Shown in pieces: positions 6,092 to 13,815 of a stretch of 24,471 bases of DNA (its first letter is position 1; each line of letters starts with the position of its first letter). Source of the DNA: a virus (taxonomy: Duplodnaviria > Caudoviricetes); the IMG/VR virus record IMGVR_UViG_3300031949_000149, positions 1 to 24,471 of that record. One strand, given 5' to 3'. Under the pieces are notes generated by a model that was not told the DNA's origin, did not search any database, and saw only the letters and a list, made by a program, of their open reading frames with translations. Made by a program: the position numbers and the translations under genes.

Positions 6092-7673
6092 CCGCGAGCG
6101 AGCGCTCCGCCTAACGTTCCGCGATCAGCAAGAGGTCTACGCCCGCGCGTGCCTCAAGATTCGTGCGAAGAGCGGCGCGATCCTGCCGCTTCGCTTCAAC
6201 CGTCCGCAGCAGATCCTCCACGAGCGGCTGGAAGCACAGCGGCGAGTGATCCGGCGCGTTCGCGCGCTGATCGTCAAGGCACGCCAGCAGGGCATCTCGA
6301 CCTACATCGCGGGCCGCTTCTACCACCAAACGACGCACCGCCGCGGCATCCGCGCGTACATCCTGACGCACCTCTCGCAGGCGACCGACAACCTCTTCGA
6401 GATGGTCGAGCGCTTTCACGCCTACTCGCCCGCGCTGGTCAAGCCGCACGTCGGCAAGAGCAACGCGAAGGAGCTGGAGTTCGATCTGCTCGCCTCGGGC
6501 TACGGAGTTGGCACCGCGGGAACGGCGGGCGTCGGGCGCTCGGCGACGATCCAGCGTTTTCACGGAAGCGAAGTGGCCTACTGGCCGAACGCGCAGAAGC
6601 ACATCGACGGCGTGCTCCAGGCGGTGCCAGGCGAGGACGAGACTGAGATCCTGCTCGAGAGTACCGGCAACGGGAAGACCGGCGTCTTCTACCTGATGGT
6701 CCAGGCCGCGCTCCGCGGCGAGAACGGCTACGTCGTGGTCTTCATCCCGTGGTGGGAGTCCGAGGAGTACCGCGGCTCGGCGGTGCTGCCCGAGGTGTGG
6801 ACGGCGCCGCCGAAGTGGCGGGAGTACGCGGACCTTCACCGGCTCGACGTCGAGCAGCTTCGGTGGTCGTACAGCAAGAACGCCGAGATGTGCGGCTCGA
6901 TCGGCGCGTCGCCTGACGATGGCCCGTGCTGGAAGTTCCGGCGCGAGTACCCAGCGACCCTCTCGGAGGCCTTCCAGATGGCGAGCGACGAGACCTTCAT
7001 CCCGGCCGACCACGTCGCGAAGGCGCGCCGCTCGATGGTCGAGCCGACCGGCGCGCTCATCATCGGCGTCGACCCGGCGCGCGCGGGCAAGGATTCGACT
7101 GGCGTGATCGACCGCCACGGCCGGCGCATGGGCACGATCCTCTGCGAGCGCTGGCGCATCGCAGACACGATGCGGGTTGCGGCGAAGCTGGCCGAGCTGA
7201 TCCAGAAGCACCTTCCGAACGCGATGAACATCGACATCACAGGAGGCCTCGGCGCCGGCATCTACGACCGGCTCGTCGACTACGGCTTCGGGAAGGTCGC
7301 GCGCGCGGTGACGTTCGCGAGCCAGGCCGACGACCCGACGCGCTACGTCAACAAGCGCGCCGAGATGTACGACCGCATGCGCGAGTGGTTCGCGCAGCCG
7401 GACCTCGTGACGGTGCAGATCCCGGACGACGACGAGCTCGAGGCCGATCTCACGGCCGCTGTGTGGCAGAGCCCGGAGGTGCCGAGCGGCTGCCGGCACC
7501 TGAACGACCGGCTCCAGTTCGAGGCAAAGGAGTCGATCATCAAGCGGCTCGGGATCTCGACCGACCTCGGGGACGCAGCGGCGATGACCTTCGCCTTCCC
7601 GACCTCGCACGTCCTGCCGGACGCCCCAGGCCGGCGCGTGCGGGTGCTGTCGGAGTTCGATCCGCTAGCGTAG
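6084..7673 (+). CDS. terL: Terminase large subunit
   Basis: Walker A IVKARQQGIST, Walker B FHGSEVAYW, coupling motif LESTGNG, nuclease IIGVDPARAGKD and DLGDAAAMTF. ATG 6084 chosen as start. Confidence 0.95.
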   Translation: MDDRERALRLTFRDQQEVYARACLKIRAKSGAILPLRFNRPQQILHERLEAQRRVIRRVRALIVKARQQGISTYIAGRFYHQTTHRRGIRAYILTHLSQATDNLFEMVERFHAYSPALVKPHVGKSNAKELEFDLLASGYGVGTAGTAGVGRSATIQRFHGSEVAYWPNAQKHIDGVLQAVPGEDETEILLESTGNGKTGVFYLMVQAALRGENGYVVVFIPWWESEEYRGSAVLPEVWTAPPKWREYADLHRLDVEQLRWSYSKNAEMCGSIGASPDDGPCWKFRREYPATLSEAFQMASDETFIPADHVAKARRSMVEPTGALIIGVDPARAGKDSTGVIDRHGRRMGTILCERWRIADTMRVAAKLAELIQKHLPNAMNIDITGGLGAGIYDRLVDYGFGKVARAVTFASQADDPTRYVNKRAEMYDRMREWFAQPDLVTVQIPDDDELEADLTAAVWQSPEVPSGCRHLNDRLQFEAKESIIKRLGISTDLGDAAAMTFAFPTSHVLPDAPGRRVRVLSEFDPLA

Positions 7674-7683
7674 GAGGCCAGCG

Positions 7684-8004
7684 ATGCTGACCACCATCAT
7701 CCAGTACGAGCCCAACGGAAACGCGCTGTGCGCGTGCGGGCACAGCGTCTTCGTCGAGCCCGCCGACCGTGAGCGCTACTCGATGGGCGCGGAGATCGAG
7801 TGCCCGGATCCGCACGGCGAGGTCGCGCCGCCCGAGCCGGAGGGGCCGAAGCCGCCGGAGGTGATCTTCGACGCTGACATGCCGTCGCACACGATTCGGC
7901 TAGAGGACGAAGGCGGTGAACTCCTACTCTCGATAACGGACGGGATCGGAATGATCCGCGAGCGTCTCGCCATCGTGCGCCTCGCGCCGCGGGCGGGAGG
8001 CTGA
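7684..8004 (+). CDS. Hypothetical protein with possible Zn-binding site
   Basis: AGGAGG RBS; CACGH...CPDPH; Pro-rich linker. Confidence 0.7.
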   Translation: MLTTIIQYEPNGNALCACGHSVFVEPADRERYSMGAEIECPDPHGEVAPPEPEGPKPPEVIFDADMPSHTIRLEDEGGELLLSITDGIGMIRERLAIVRLAPRAGG

Positions 8005-8007
8005 GCA

Positions 8008-8145
8008 ATGTCCGTGCTGGCTCGCCTGCACATCGTCTTTCGGAAGCTGCGGCGCTGGTGGCACTATCGGCCGCTGCGTCGCTATTGCCGCACGGTCAAA
8101 CCAGGGCTAGGGCCGATCCACAGGATTCCCACGGCGGGAGGCTGA
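8008..8145 (+). CDS. 45-aa basic, amphipathic peptide
   Basis: Hand translation MSVLARLHIVFRKLRRWWHYRPLRRYCRTVKPGLGPIHRIPTAGG*; GGGAGG RBS. Confidence 0.5.
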   Translation: MSVLARLHIVFRKLRRWWHYRPLRRYCRTVKPGLGPIHRIPTAGG

Positions 8146-8147
8146 CC

Positions 8148-8399
8148 ATGTGCATCTCGAACACCACCGCCGGTAAGGTCATGAGCTACGGCTCTGGTGT
8201 CCCGTCGCTGCTTGGCATCGGAGACGCCGGCTCGAGCAGCCACCCGAAGCGCACGTTCGCGAGCGCGGACGGCCGCCAGTCGACCGCGAGGATCAGCAAC
8301 CAGCGCCTCCAAGGCATCCTCGCCGACCCGCTCAAGATCGAGGGCCTGCTCGCGACCGGTAAGCCGGTCACTCCGCCGAAGAAGAGCGTCCTCGGCTAG
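8148..8399 (+). CDS. Small putative virion protein (Met-Cys start)
   Basis: ATG 8148 after GGGAGG; MCISNTT...KKSVLG, with a C-terminus like that of the next gene (KRTLLG). Confidence 0.65.
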   Translation: MCISNTTAGKVMSYGSGVPSLLGIGDAGSSSHPKRTFASADGRQSTARISNQRLQGILADPLKIEGLLATGKPVTPPKKSVLG

Positions 8400-8402
8400 C
8401 CG

Positions 8403-8435
8403 CGCTGCTCCACCAATCGGGTCGGTCCCTAAGTT
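8403..8435 (+). promoter_or_regulatory. Putative late promoter, copy 1
   Basis: CGCTGCTCCACCAATCGGGT (8403-8422), identical to 10680-10699, followed by TAAGTT (8430-8435) 6 nt before GTG 8442. Confidence 0.65.
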
Positions 8436-8441
8436 GCCGGC

Positions 8442-8642
8442 GTGTGCATGAGCAGCGGCAGCGCCAAGATTCCGAAGCCTCCGCCGCCGCCGGTCGACGA
8501 GTCGGCGCTTGATGCGAAGCGGCGCGAGCGCGGTCTCGCGGCAGGCCGGCGCGGACTGCTCTCGACCATCCAGACCAGCCCGCAGGGCGTGCTCGGGCCC
8601 GCGACCACCGAAAAACGCACGCTCTTGGGCGGAACGTACTAG
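8442..8642 (+). CDS. Small pre-portal virion protein (T7 gp6.7/7.3-like position)
   Basis: MCMSSGSAKIPKPPPPP...RRGLLSTIQTSPQGVLG...KRTLLG; typical of the gene preceding podoviral portals. Confidence 0.75.
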   Translation: MCMSSGSAKIPKPPPPPVDESALDAKRRERGLAAGRRGLLSTIQTSPQGVLGPATTEKRTLLGGTY

Positions 8643-8651
8643 GCGCCCGGC

Positions 8652-10358
8652 GTGGCGTACGAGCCGAGAAAGAAGCGCTACCAGAAGCGCCTCGAAGCGC
8701 TCCGCGGCGAGCAGTCGAGCAAGGGCTGGCGCTCGCACTGGCAGGAGCTCGGCGACCTGATCCTGCCGCGCCGCGTGCTCTTCTCGCTCCAGGACACGAA
8801 CCGTGGCGAGAAGCGGCAGACGCAGATCCTCGACTCGACGGCCTCGCGCTCTGCGCGCGTGCTCTCGGCCGGGATGATGAGCGGCCTCACCTCGCCGGCG
8901 CGCCCGTGGTTCCGTCTCGCGTCGCCCGACCCGGAGCTGAATCGCTACGGGCCCGTCAAGCAGTGGATGACCGACGTGCAGCGCGAGATGGAGCGCGTCT
9001 TCGCCGCGAGCAACCTCTACAACGTGCTGCCCTCGATGTACGAAGCGGTCGGCGTCTTCGGCACTGCCTGTGCCTTCGCGTGGGACGATGCGATCGAGAG
9101 CCGGCGGCAGACGGGTCAGAACGAGTCCGTCGTGCGCTTCGAAGAGGCGCCGATCGGGAGCTTCTTTATCGCGACCTCGGCGCGCGGCTACGTCGATACG
9201 GTCTACCGCGAGCTTCAGATGACCGTCGGCCAGGTGGTCGAGCAGTTTGGTGTCGCGCGCTGCTCGCCGACGCTCCAGAACCTCTACGCCCGCGGCATGA
9301 CCGACTCGTGGATCGACATCGTGCACGCGATCGAGCCGAACGACCGCGAGGCCTCACCCTTCGCGTCTGGCAAGGTGTTCTCCTCGTGCTGGTACGAGGC
9401 CGGCGCGACCGGCGACGGCATGCTCCGCGAGTCGGGCTTCGACGAGTTCCCGGGCCTCGTGCCGCGCTGGTGGGTCTCGGGCCGCGACGTCTACGGGCGC
9501 TCGCCGGGCATGGAGGTGCTGCCCGACGCGAAGCAGCTCCAGAGCCAGGAGCGCAGGAAGCTCCAGGCGGTCGAGCTGATGACGAACCCATCGCGTGTCG
9601 CGAGCAAGGACGCGAAGAGCGACGTCTCCTTCCTCCCGGGCGGAGTGAGCGTCACCGACTCGCTCGATGCGCGAACGGCGATGGCAGTTCCGTTCGTCCC
9701 GCAGATCCCCATCGACGAGCTGCGCATCGACATCAACGAGGTGCGCCAGCGGATTCGCTTCGGCTTCTCCGAGGACCTGTTCCTCATGCTCACCAACGTC
9801 GACCGCGAGGTGACGGCGACGGAGATCGCGGAGCGGAAGGAGGAGAAGCTGCTCATGCTCGGTCCCGTGCTCGAGCGGCTCGAGGACGAGCTGCTCGACC
9901 CGCTGATCGACCGCACCTTCGCGGTCATGCAGCGGCGCGGGCGATTCCTGCCCGGCTCGAACCTAGAGCCGCCCGAGGAGCTGTCGGGCGCCGAGCTGCG
10001 CATCGAGTACGTCTCGATCCTCGCGCAGGCGCAGCGCGCGGTTGGCACCTCGTCGATGGACAGGCTCGCGCAGCGCTTCGCGTTCATCGCCCCGCTGCGC
10101 CCCGACGTGCTCGACAAGTGGGACGTCGACGCCGATATCGAGGACTACGCGGAGCGGCTCGGCGTGAACCCGAAGGTGCTGCGGAGCGAGGACGAGGTCG
10201 AGGAGGACCGCGCGGCGCGCGTCCAGCGCGAGCGCATGGCGAGCCTCGCAGCCGCGGCGCCGGGGATCGCAGGTGCCGCGAAGGATCTCTCGGAGACCGA
10301 CCTCTCGAACCCGGACAGTGCGGCGGCGCGTGCGATGCAGGCGGTCGGCGCCGCGTGA
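8652..10358 (+). CDS. Portal (head-tail connector; T7 gp8/BPP-1-like)
   Basis: 568 aa; LSAGMMSGLTSPARPWFRL, PRW...GRDVYGRSPGM, TATEIAERKEEKLLMLGPVLERL motifs. Confidence 0.95.
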   Translation: MAYEPRKKRYQKRLEALRGEQSSKGWRSHWQELGDLILPRRVLFSLQDTNRGEKRQTQILDSTASRSARVLSAGMMSGLTSPARPWFRLASPDPELNRYGPVKQWMTDVQREMERVFAASNLYNVLPSMYEAVGVFGTACAFAWDDAIESRRQTGQNESVVRFEEAPIGSFFIATSARGYVDTVYRELQMTVGQVVEQFGVARCSPTLQNLYARGMTDSWIDIVHAIEPNDREASPFASGKVFSSCWYEAGATGDGMLRESGFDEFPGLVPRWWVSGRDVYGRSPGMEVLPDAKQLQSQERRKLQAVELMTNPSRVASKDAKSDVSFLPGGVSVTDSLDARTAMAVPFVPQIPIDELRIDINEVRQRIRFGFSEDLFLMLTNVDREVTATEIAERKEEKLLMLGPVLERLEDELLDPLIDRTFAVMQRRGRFLPGSNLEPPEELSGAELRIEYVSILAQAQRAVGTSSMDRLAQRFAFIAPLRPDVLDKWDVDADIEDYAERLGVNPKVLRSEDEVEEDRAARVQRERMASLAAAAPGIAGAAKDLSETDLSNPDSAAARAMQAVGAA

Positions 10359-10669
10359 CCGGCGAGCAGGCGAAGGAGCGGACGCGCCACCTCCGCATGG
10401 GGCTTGACGAGATCCTCCGCACCACGCTCGGGCGGCGCTGGCTCTACGGCTTCCTCGAAGACTCCGGCGTATTCCGCGAGTCGTTCTCCGAGTCGCCGCT
10501 CTTGATGGCGAACACCGAAGGCAAGCGCAGCCGCGGGCTCGCGCTCCTGCTCGAGCTGCAAGACCACTTCCCGACTGCCTGCGAGCAGGTCCTGCGCGAG
10601 GGTCTCGCGTGGCGGCACGAGCTTCTGGCGCGAAAGAGCGCCGAGCCGGAGCCCGATCCGATCGAGTAA
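10355..10669 (+). CDS. Bbp19-like protein
   Basis: GTGA overlap with the portal gene; GRRWLYGFLEDSGVF..SF....MANTEGKRS.GL pattern; located between portal and scaffold. Confidence 0.75.
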   Translation: MTGEQAKERTRHLRMGLDEILRTTLGRRWLYGFLEDSGVFRESFSESPLLMANTEGKRSRGLALLLELQDHFPTACEQVLREGLAWRHELLARKSAEPEPDPIE

Positions 10670-10679
10670 CGGCGCGCGT

Positions 10680-10712
10680 CGCTGCTCCACCAATCGGGTG
10701 GTTCTGTATCCC
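10680..10712 (+). promoter_or_regulatory. Putative late promoter, copy 2
   Basis: Same 20-mer as 8403-8422, with TATCCC at the same 7-nt offset; no SD before ATG 10721. Confidence 0.65.
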
Positions 10713-10720
10713 GTTCGTCC

Positions 10721-11362
10721 ATGAGCGCTGCTGCGCCGCTGCCCGGTTCACCGCCCGCTTCCACTGCCATGCCGACACCGGCCCCGGCCGCTCCGGGTCC
10801 GGTGCTCGTGCCGCCGAAGCCGGCCGAGCCTGCCGCCGCAGCGCCTACGAAGCCCGAAGTAGCGGCTACCGGCGTTCCCGAGAAGTACGAGTTCAAGCTG
10901 CCCGACGGCTTCGCGATCGCGGCAGAGGACGACGCGGCATTCTCCGCCTACGCGCGCGAGATGGGCTTCGACAACGCGAAGGCGCAGAAGGGCATCGACC
11001 TCGCGACCGCGTTCGGCCAGCGGCTCGTCGCAAGCGCAAACGAGGCGCGCGAGAAGGCGACCACCGAACAGGACGCCACATGGCGTGCCGCGCTCGACGC
11101 CGACCCGGCGATCGGAGGCGCGCAGATGCCCAAGACGGTCGAGCTGCTGTCGCGCGCGCGCGCCACGTTCGACCCGAAGAACGAGGTCGGCGACCTGCTC
11201 GCTACGCACGGCCTCGCGAACAACCCAGCGCTCGTGCGTCTCTTCCGATCGGTCGGCGAGGCGCTGCGCGAAGACGCTCCCCCGCCCGGCGCGGAGCGCA
11301 CGCCTGCCGCGCCCACCGACATGGCGGCGCTTCTGTACCCGAACGACCGGCCGCGGTCGTAG
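10721..11362 (+). CDS. Capsid scaffolding protein
   Basis: Pro/Ala-rich N-terminus, VPEKYEFKLPDG, GLANNPALVRLFRSVGEALRED and C-terminal LLYP; directly upstream of the capsid gene. Confidence 0.85.
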   Translation: MSAAAPLPGSPPASTAMPTPAPAAPGPVLVPPKPAEPAAAAPTKPEVAATGVPEKYEFKLPDGFAIAAEDDAAFSAYAREMGFDNAKAQKGIDLATAFGQRLVASANEAREKATTEQDATWRAALDADPAIGGAQMPKTVELLSRARATFDPKNEVGDLLATHGLANNPALVRLFRSVGEALREDAPPPGAERTPAAPTDMAALLYPNDRPRS

Positions 11363-11373
11363 GAGGCCTGTAG

Positions 11374-12414
11374 ATGGCGACGATCGGCGCTCAGTTCCTC
11401 ACCCTCGCGGACATCTACAAGCGGCAGCTCGGCGACTCCGGCAAGCAGGTCGCCGCGATCATCGAGATCCTCTCGCGCCTCTCGCCGGTGGTGCGCGACG
11501 CGATCGCCGTCGAGTGCAACCTCGCGACGAAGCACATGACGACGATCCGCACGGGCCTCCCCGAAGCGACGTGGCGCCGTCTCTACCAGGGCGTCCAGCC
11601 GGGCAAGAGCACCACGGCGCAGGTCGAGGACACGACCGGGATGCTCGAGGCGCTGAGCCACATCGACAGCAAGCTCGTCGAGCTGAACCCGAACCCGGGC
11701 GCGCTCCGCCTCTCGGAGGCCGTCGCCTTTATCGAAGGCATGACGCAGCAGATGGAGACGGCGATCTTCTACGAGAACACCGCGACGAAGCCCGAGGCGC
11801 TGCTCGGCCTCGCGCCGCGCTTCTCGGTGTTCAGCGCCACCGATCCCTACGGCAAGCAGATCACGAAGGGCGGCGGATCTGGCTCTGACAACACATCGAT
11901 CTGGTTCGTGACGTGGGGCGAGAACACATGCCACCTGCTCTATCCGCAGGGATCGAGCGCGGGCCTCAAGCGCGAGGACAAGGGCAAGGGCATCAAGCAG
12001 AACAGCGACGGATCCGAGTACGACGTGCATCGCGAGAAGTTCACGTGGGACTGCGGCGTCTCGGTGCGCGATCCGCGCTACATCGCGCGCCTGTGCAACA
12101 TCGACGTCTCGGACCTGACGATCGACGCCGCGACCGGCGCGAATCTGATTCCGCTGATGATCGACGCCTTCCACACGCTCCAGAACCCCTACAACTCGCA
12201 GGTCGCGCCGGGCCAGGAGACGGCCGGCGCCATGAACACGGTGATCTACTGCAACCGCACGATCGCGAAGTTCCTGCACCACCAGGCGCGATCGGCCGTC
12301 GTCAACTCGACGCTCTCGATCGAGAAGATCGAGGGCAAGCGGATCGCGATGTTCGAAGGGCTCCCGATCCACGTCTCCGACGCGATCCTGTCCACCGAAG
12401 CCACGGTCCCGTGA
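11374..12414 (+). CDS. Major capsid protein (BPP-1 Bbp17 / epsilon15 gp7-like)
   Basis: H.TTIRTGLPEATWRRLYQGVQPGKSTTAQV.D..GMLEA, NTSIWFVTWGE, VRDPRYIARLCNID, F.GLPI.VSDAILSTEA.V; AGGAGG RBS. Confidence 0.95.
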   Translation: MATIGAQFLTLADIYKRQLGDSGKQVAAIIEILSRLSPVVRDAIAVECNLATKHMTTIRTGLPEATWRRLYQGVQPGKSTTAQVEDTTGMLEALSHIDSKLVELNPNPGALRLSEAVAFIEGMTQQMETAIFYENTATKPEALLGLAPRFSVFSATDPYGKQITKGGGSGSDNTSIWFVTWGENTCHLLYPQGSSAGLKREDKGKGIKQNSDGSEYDVHREKFTWDCGVSVRDPRYIARLCNIDVSDLTIDAATGANLIPLMIDAFHTLQNPYNSQVAPGQETAGAMNTVIYCNRTIAKFLHHQARSAVVNSTLSIEKIEGKRIAMFEGLPIHVSDAILSTEATVP

Positions 12415-12453
12415 GCGCGGCCGGCTGACCCAACTTCCGATCAGGGGGAACCC

Positions 12454-12903
12454 ATGATCCTCGACATGCAGACGATGTTTTCCGGGTCGACCGCCGCGGA
12501 CGGCAGCCTCACCGGGCAGGCGATCACCGTGACGGCCGCGTCGACGAACATCCTCGACACGGGCGTCAACAAGGAGAAGGGCCGCGGGACGCCGATCCCT
12601 CTGCTCGTGCAGGTGACGACGACCTTCACGGCTGGCGGCGCCGCGACTCTCCAGGCCGTGCTCCAGTGCGATGGCGACGTGGCCTTCGGCTCGGCGAACA
12701 CGCTCTGGGACTCCGGCGCGATCGCGGTCGCGACCCTCGTCGCGGGCTACCGCTTCCTGATCGACAAGATCCCGGAGCACGTCGCGGCGAAGGCGGACTC
12801 GCGGTACTTCCGATTCAACTACACGGTCGCGACCGGCCCGATGACCGCGGGCAACCTCGTCGCCGGCATCGTCATGGGCCGCCAGAGCATCGGCTTCCCG
12901 TAG
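12454..12903 (+). CDS. Capsid cement/decoration protein (Bbp16-like)
   Basis: MILD...FS..QAIT.TAASTNILD...RYFRFNYTVATGPMTAG.L.AGIV; all-beta composition; follows the capsid gene. Confidence 0.85.
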   Translation: MILDMQTMFSGSTAADGSLTGQAITVTAASTNILDTGVNKEKGRGTPIPLLVQVTTTFTAGGAATLQAVLQCDGDVAFGSANTLWDSGAIAVATLVAGYRFLIDKIPEHVAAKADSRYFRFNYTVATGPMTAGNLVAGIVMGRQSIGFP

Positions 12904-12927
12904 TCGGAAGCCTGAGGAGATCACGAG

Positions 12928-13134
12928 ATGCCGAAGTTCACGGTCGATCGCGACTGCTACGACGCCGCTGGGGTCGTCGTCAAGGCGGGCGGCGTCGCGA
13001 CTCTCGAGCCCGATGCGCGTGCCGGCCAGGTGCTCGACGTGAAGAAGGGAACGAAGCGGCCCGAGTACCCGCCGTGGGCAACACCGATCGACGAAGGGAA
13101 GTCCGCCGGCAAGGAGAAGCCCGCCGTCAAGTAG
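12928..13134 (+). CDS. Small hypothetical (head-module) protein
   Basis: GAGGAG RBS, 68 aa, ends just before the terminator. Confidence 0.75.
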   Translation: MPKFTVDRDCYDAAGVVVKAGGVATLEPDARAGQVLDVKKGTKRPEYPPWATPIDEGKSAGKEKPAVK

Positions 13135-13162
13135 CCCGTGCACAGCCGAGCCCCATCCACAG

Positions 13163-13199
13163 CGGGGCGGGGGGCGAAGGCTCTCCGCCCCGTTTCGTT
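13163..13199 (+). terminator. Intrinsic terminator after the head genes
   Basis: 13-bp GC stem 13163-13175/13180-13192 (two G-U pairs), GAAG loop, then TTTCGTT. The imperfect U-tract suggests partial read-through; position is analogous to T7 Tphi. Confidence 0.75.
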
Positions 13200-13216
13200 G
13201 GAGGCGCTGAAAGGGG

Positions 13217-13813
13217 ATGTCGAGTCAGGTCGAGATCATGAACCTCGCGCTCGTGAACCTCGGCACGAGCGAGCAGATCCAGTCGCCGACCGAGAAGAGC
13301 CGCGCGGCACAGGTGCTCTCGGGCATCTTCACCGCCTGCGTCGAGAGCCTCCTCGCCGAGCCGCTGCTCTGGCCCTTCGCGACCAAGCGCGAGGCGCTCG
13401 CCGACATGGGCACACCGCCGCAGGACTGGAGCTTCCGCTACCGCTACCCGAGCGACTGCCTGCGCGCGCGCAACATCCTCCGCGCCGATGGCGAGGACCG
13501 GCCCGTCATTCCGTTCGAGGTGGCGTGGGACGGATCCTCGGCCCGCGTGATCCTCTCCGACGAGGAGGATGCGGTGCTGCGCTACACGGCGCGCATCGTG
13601 AACCCGACCGTCTTCGATCCCGCCTTCGTCGATGCGCTCTCGTGGTATCTCTCCGTCCGCGCCGGCCTCTCGCTGACCGACAGCCCTAGCGTCCGGCAGG
13701 ACGCGGAGGTCGGCTACGGCCGTGCACTCCGCCGCGCCTACGCCGCGATCGGCAACGAGAGCAAGCCGAAGGAGCCGCTCTTCCTCTCCGAAGCCGAACG
13801 GGCGCGGCAGTAG
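13217..13813 (+). CDS. Tail adaptor / tail tubular protein A (T7 gp11-like)
   Basis: SQVEIMNLALVNLG, WPFATKR..LA, W.FRYRYPSDCLR, FDPAFVDALS..L motifs. Confidence 0.9.
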   Translation: MSSQVEIMNLALVNLGTSEQIQSPTEKSRAAQVLSGIFTACVESLLAEPLLWPFATKREALADMGTPPQDWSFRYRYPSDCLRARNILRADGEDRPVIPFEVAWDGSSARVILSDEEDAVLRYTARIVNPTVFDPAFVDALSWYLSVRAGLSLTDSPSVRQDAEVGYGRALRRAYAAIGNESKPKEPLFLSEAERARQ

Positions 13814-13815
13814 CG

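Noticed and set aside
7670-11368. GTAGGAGGCC at 7670-7679 and 11359-11368
   Set aside because: Explained by a TAG stop fused to an SD sequence.
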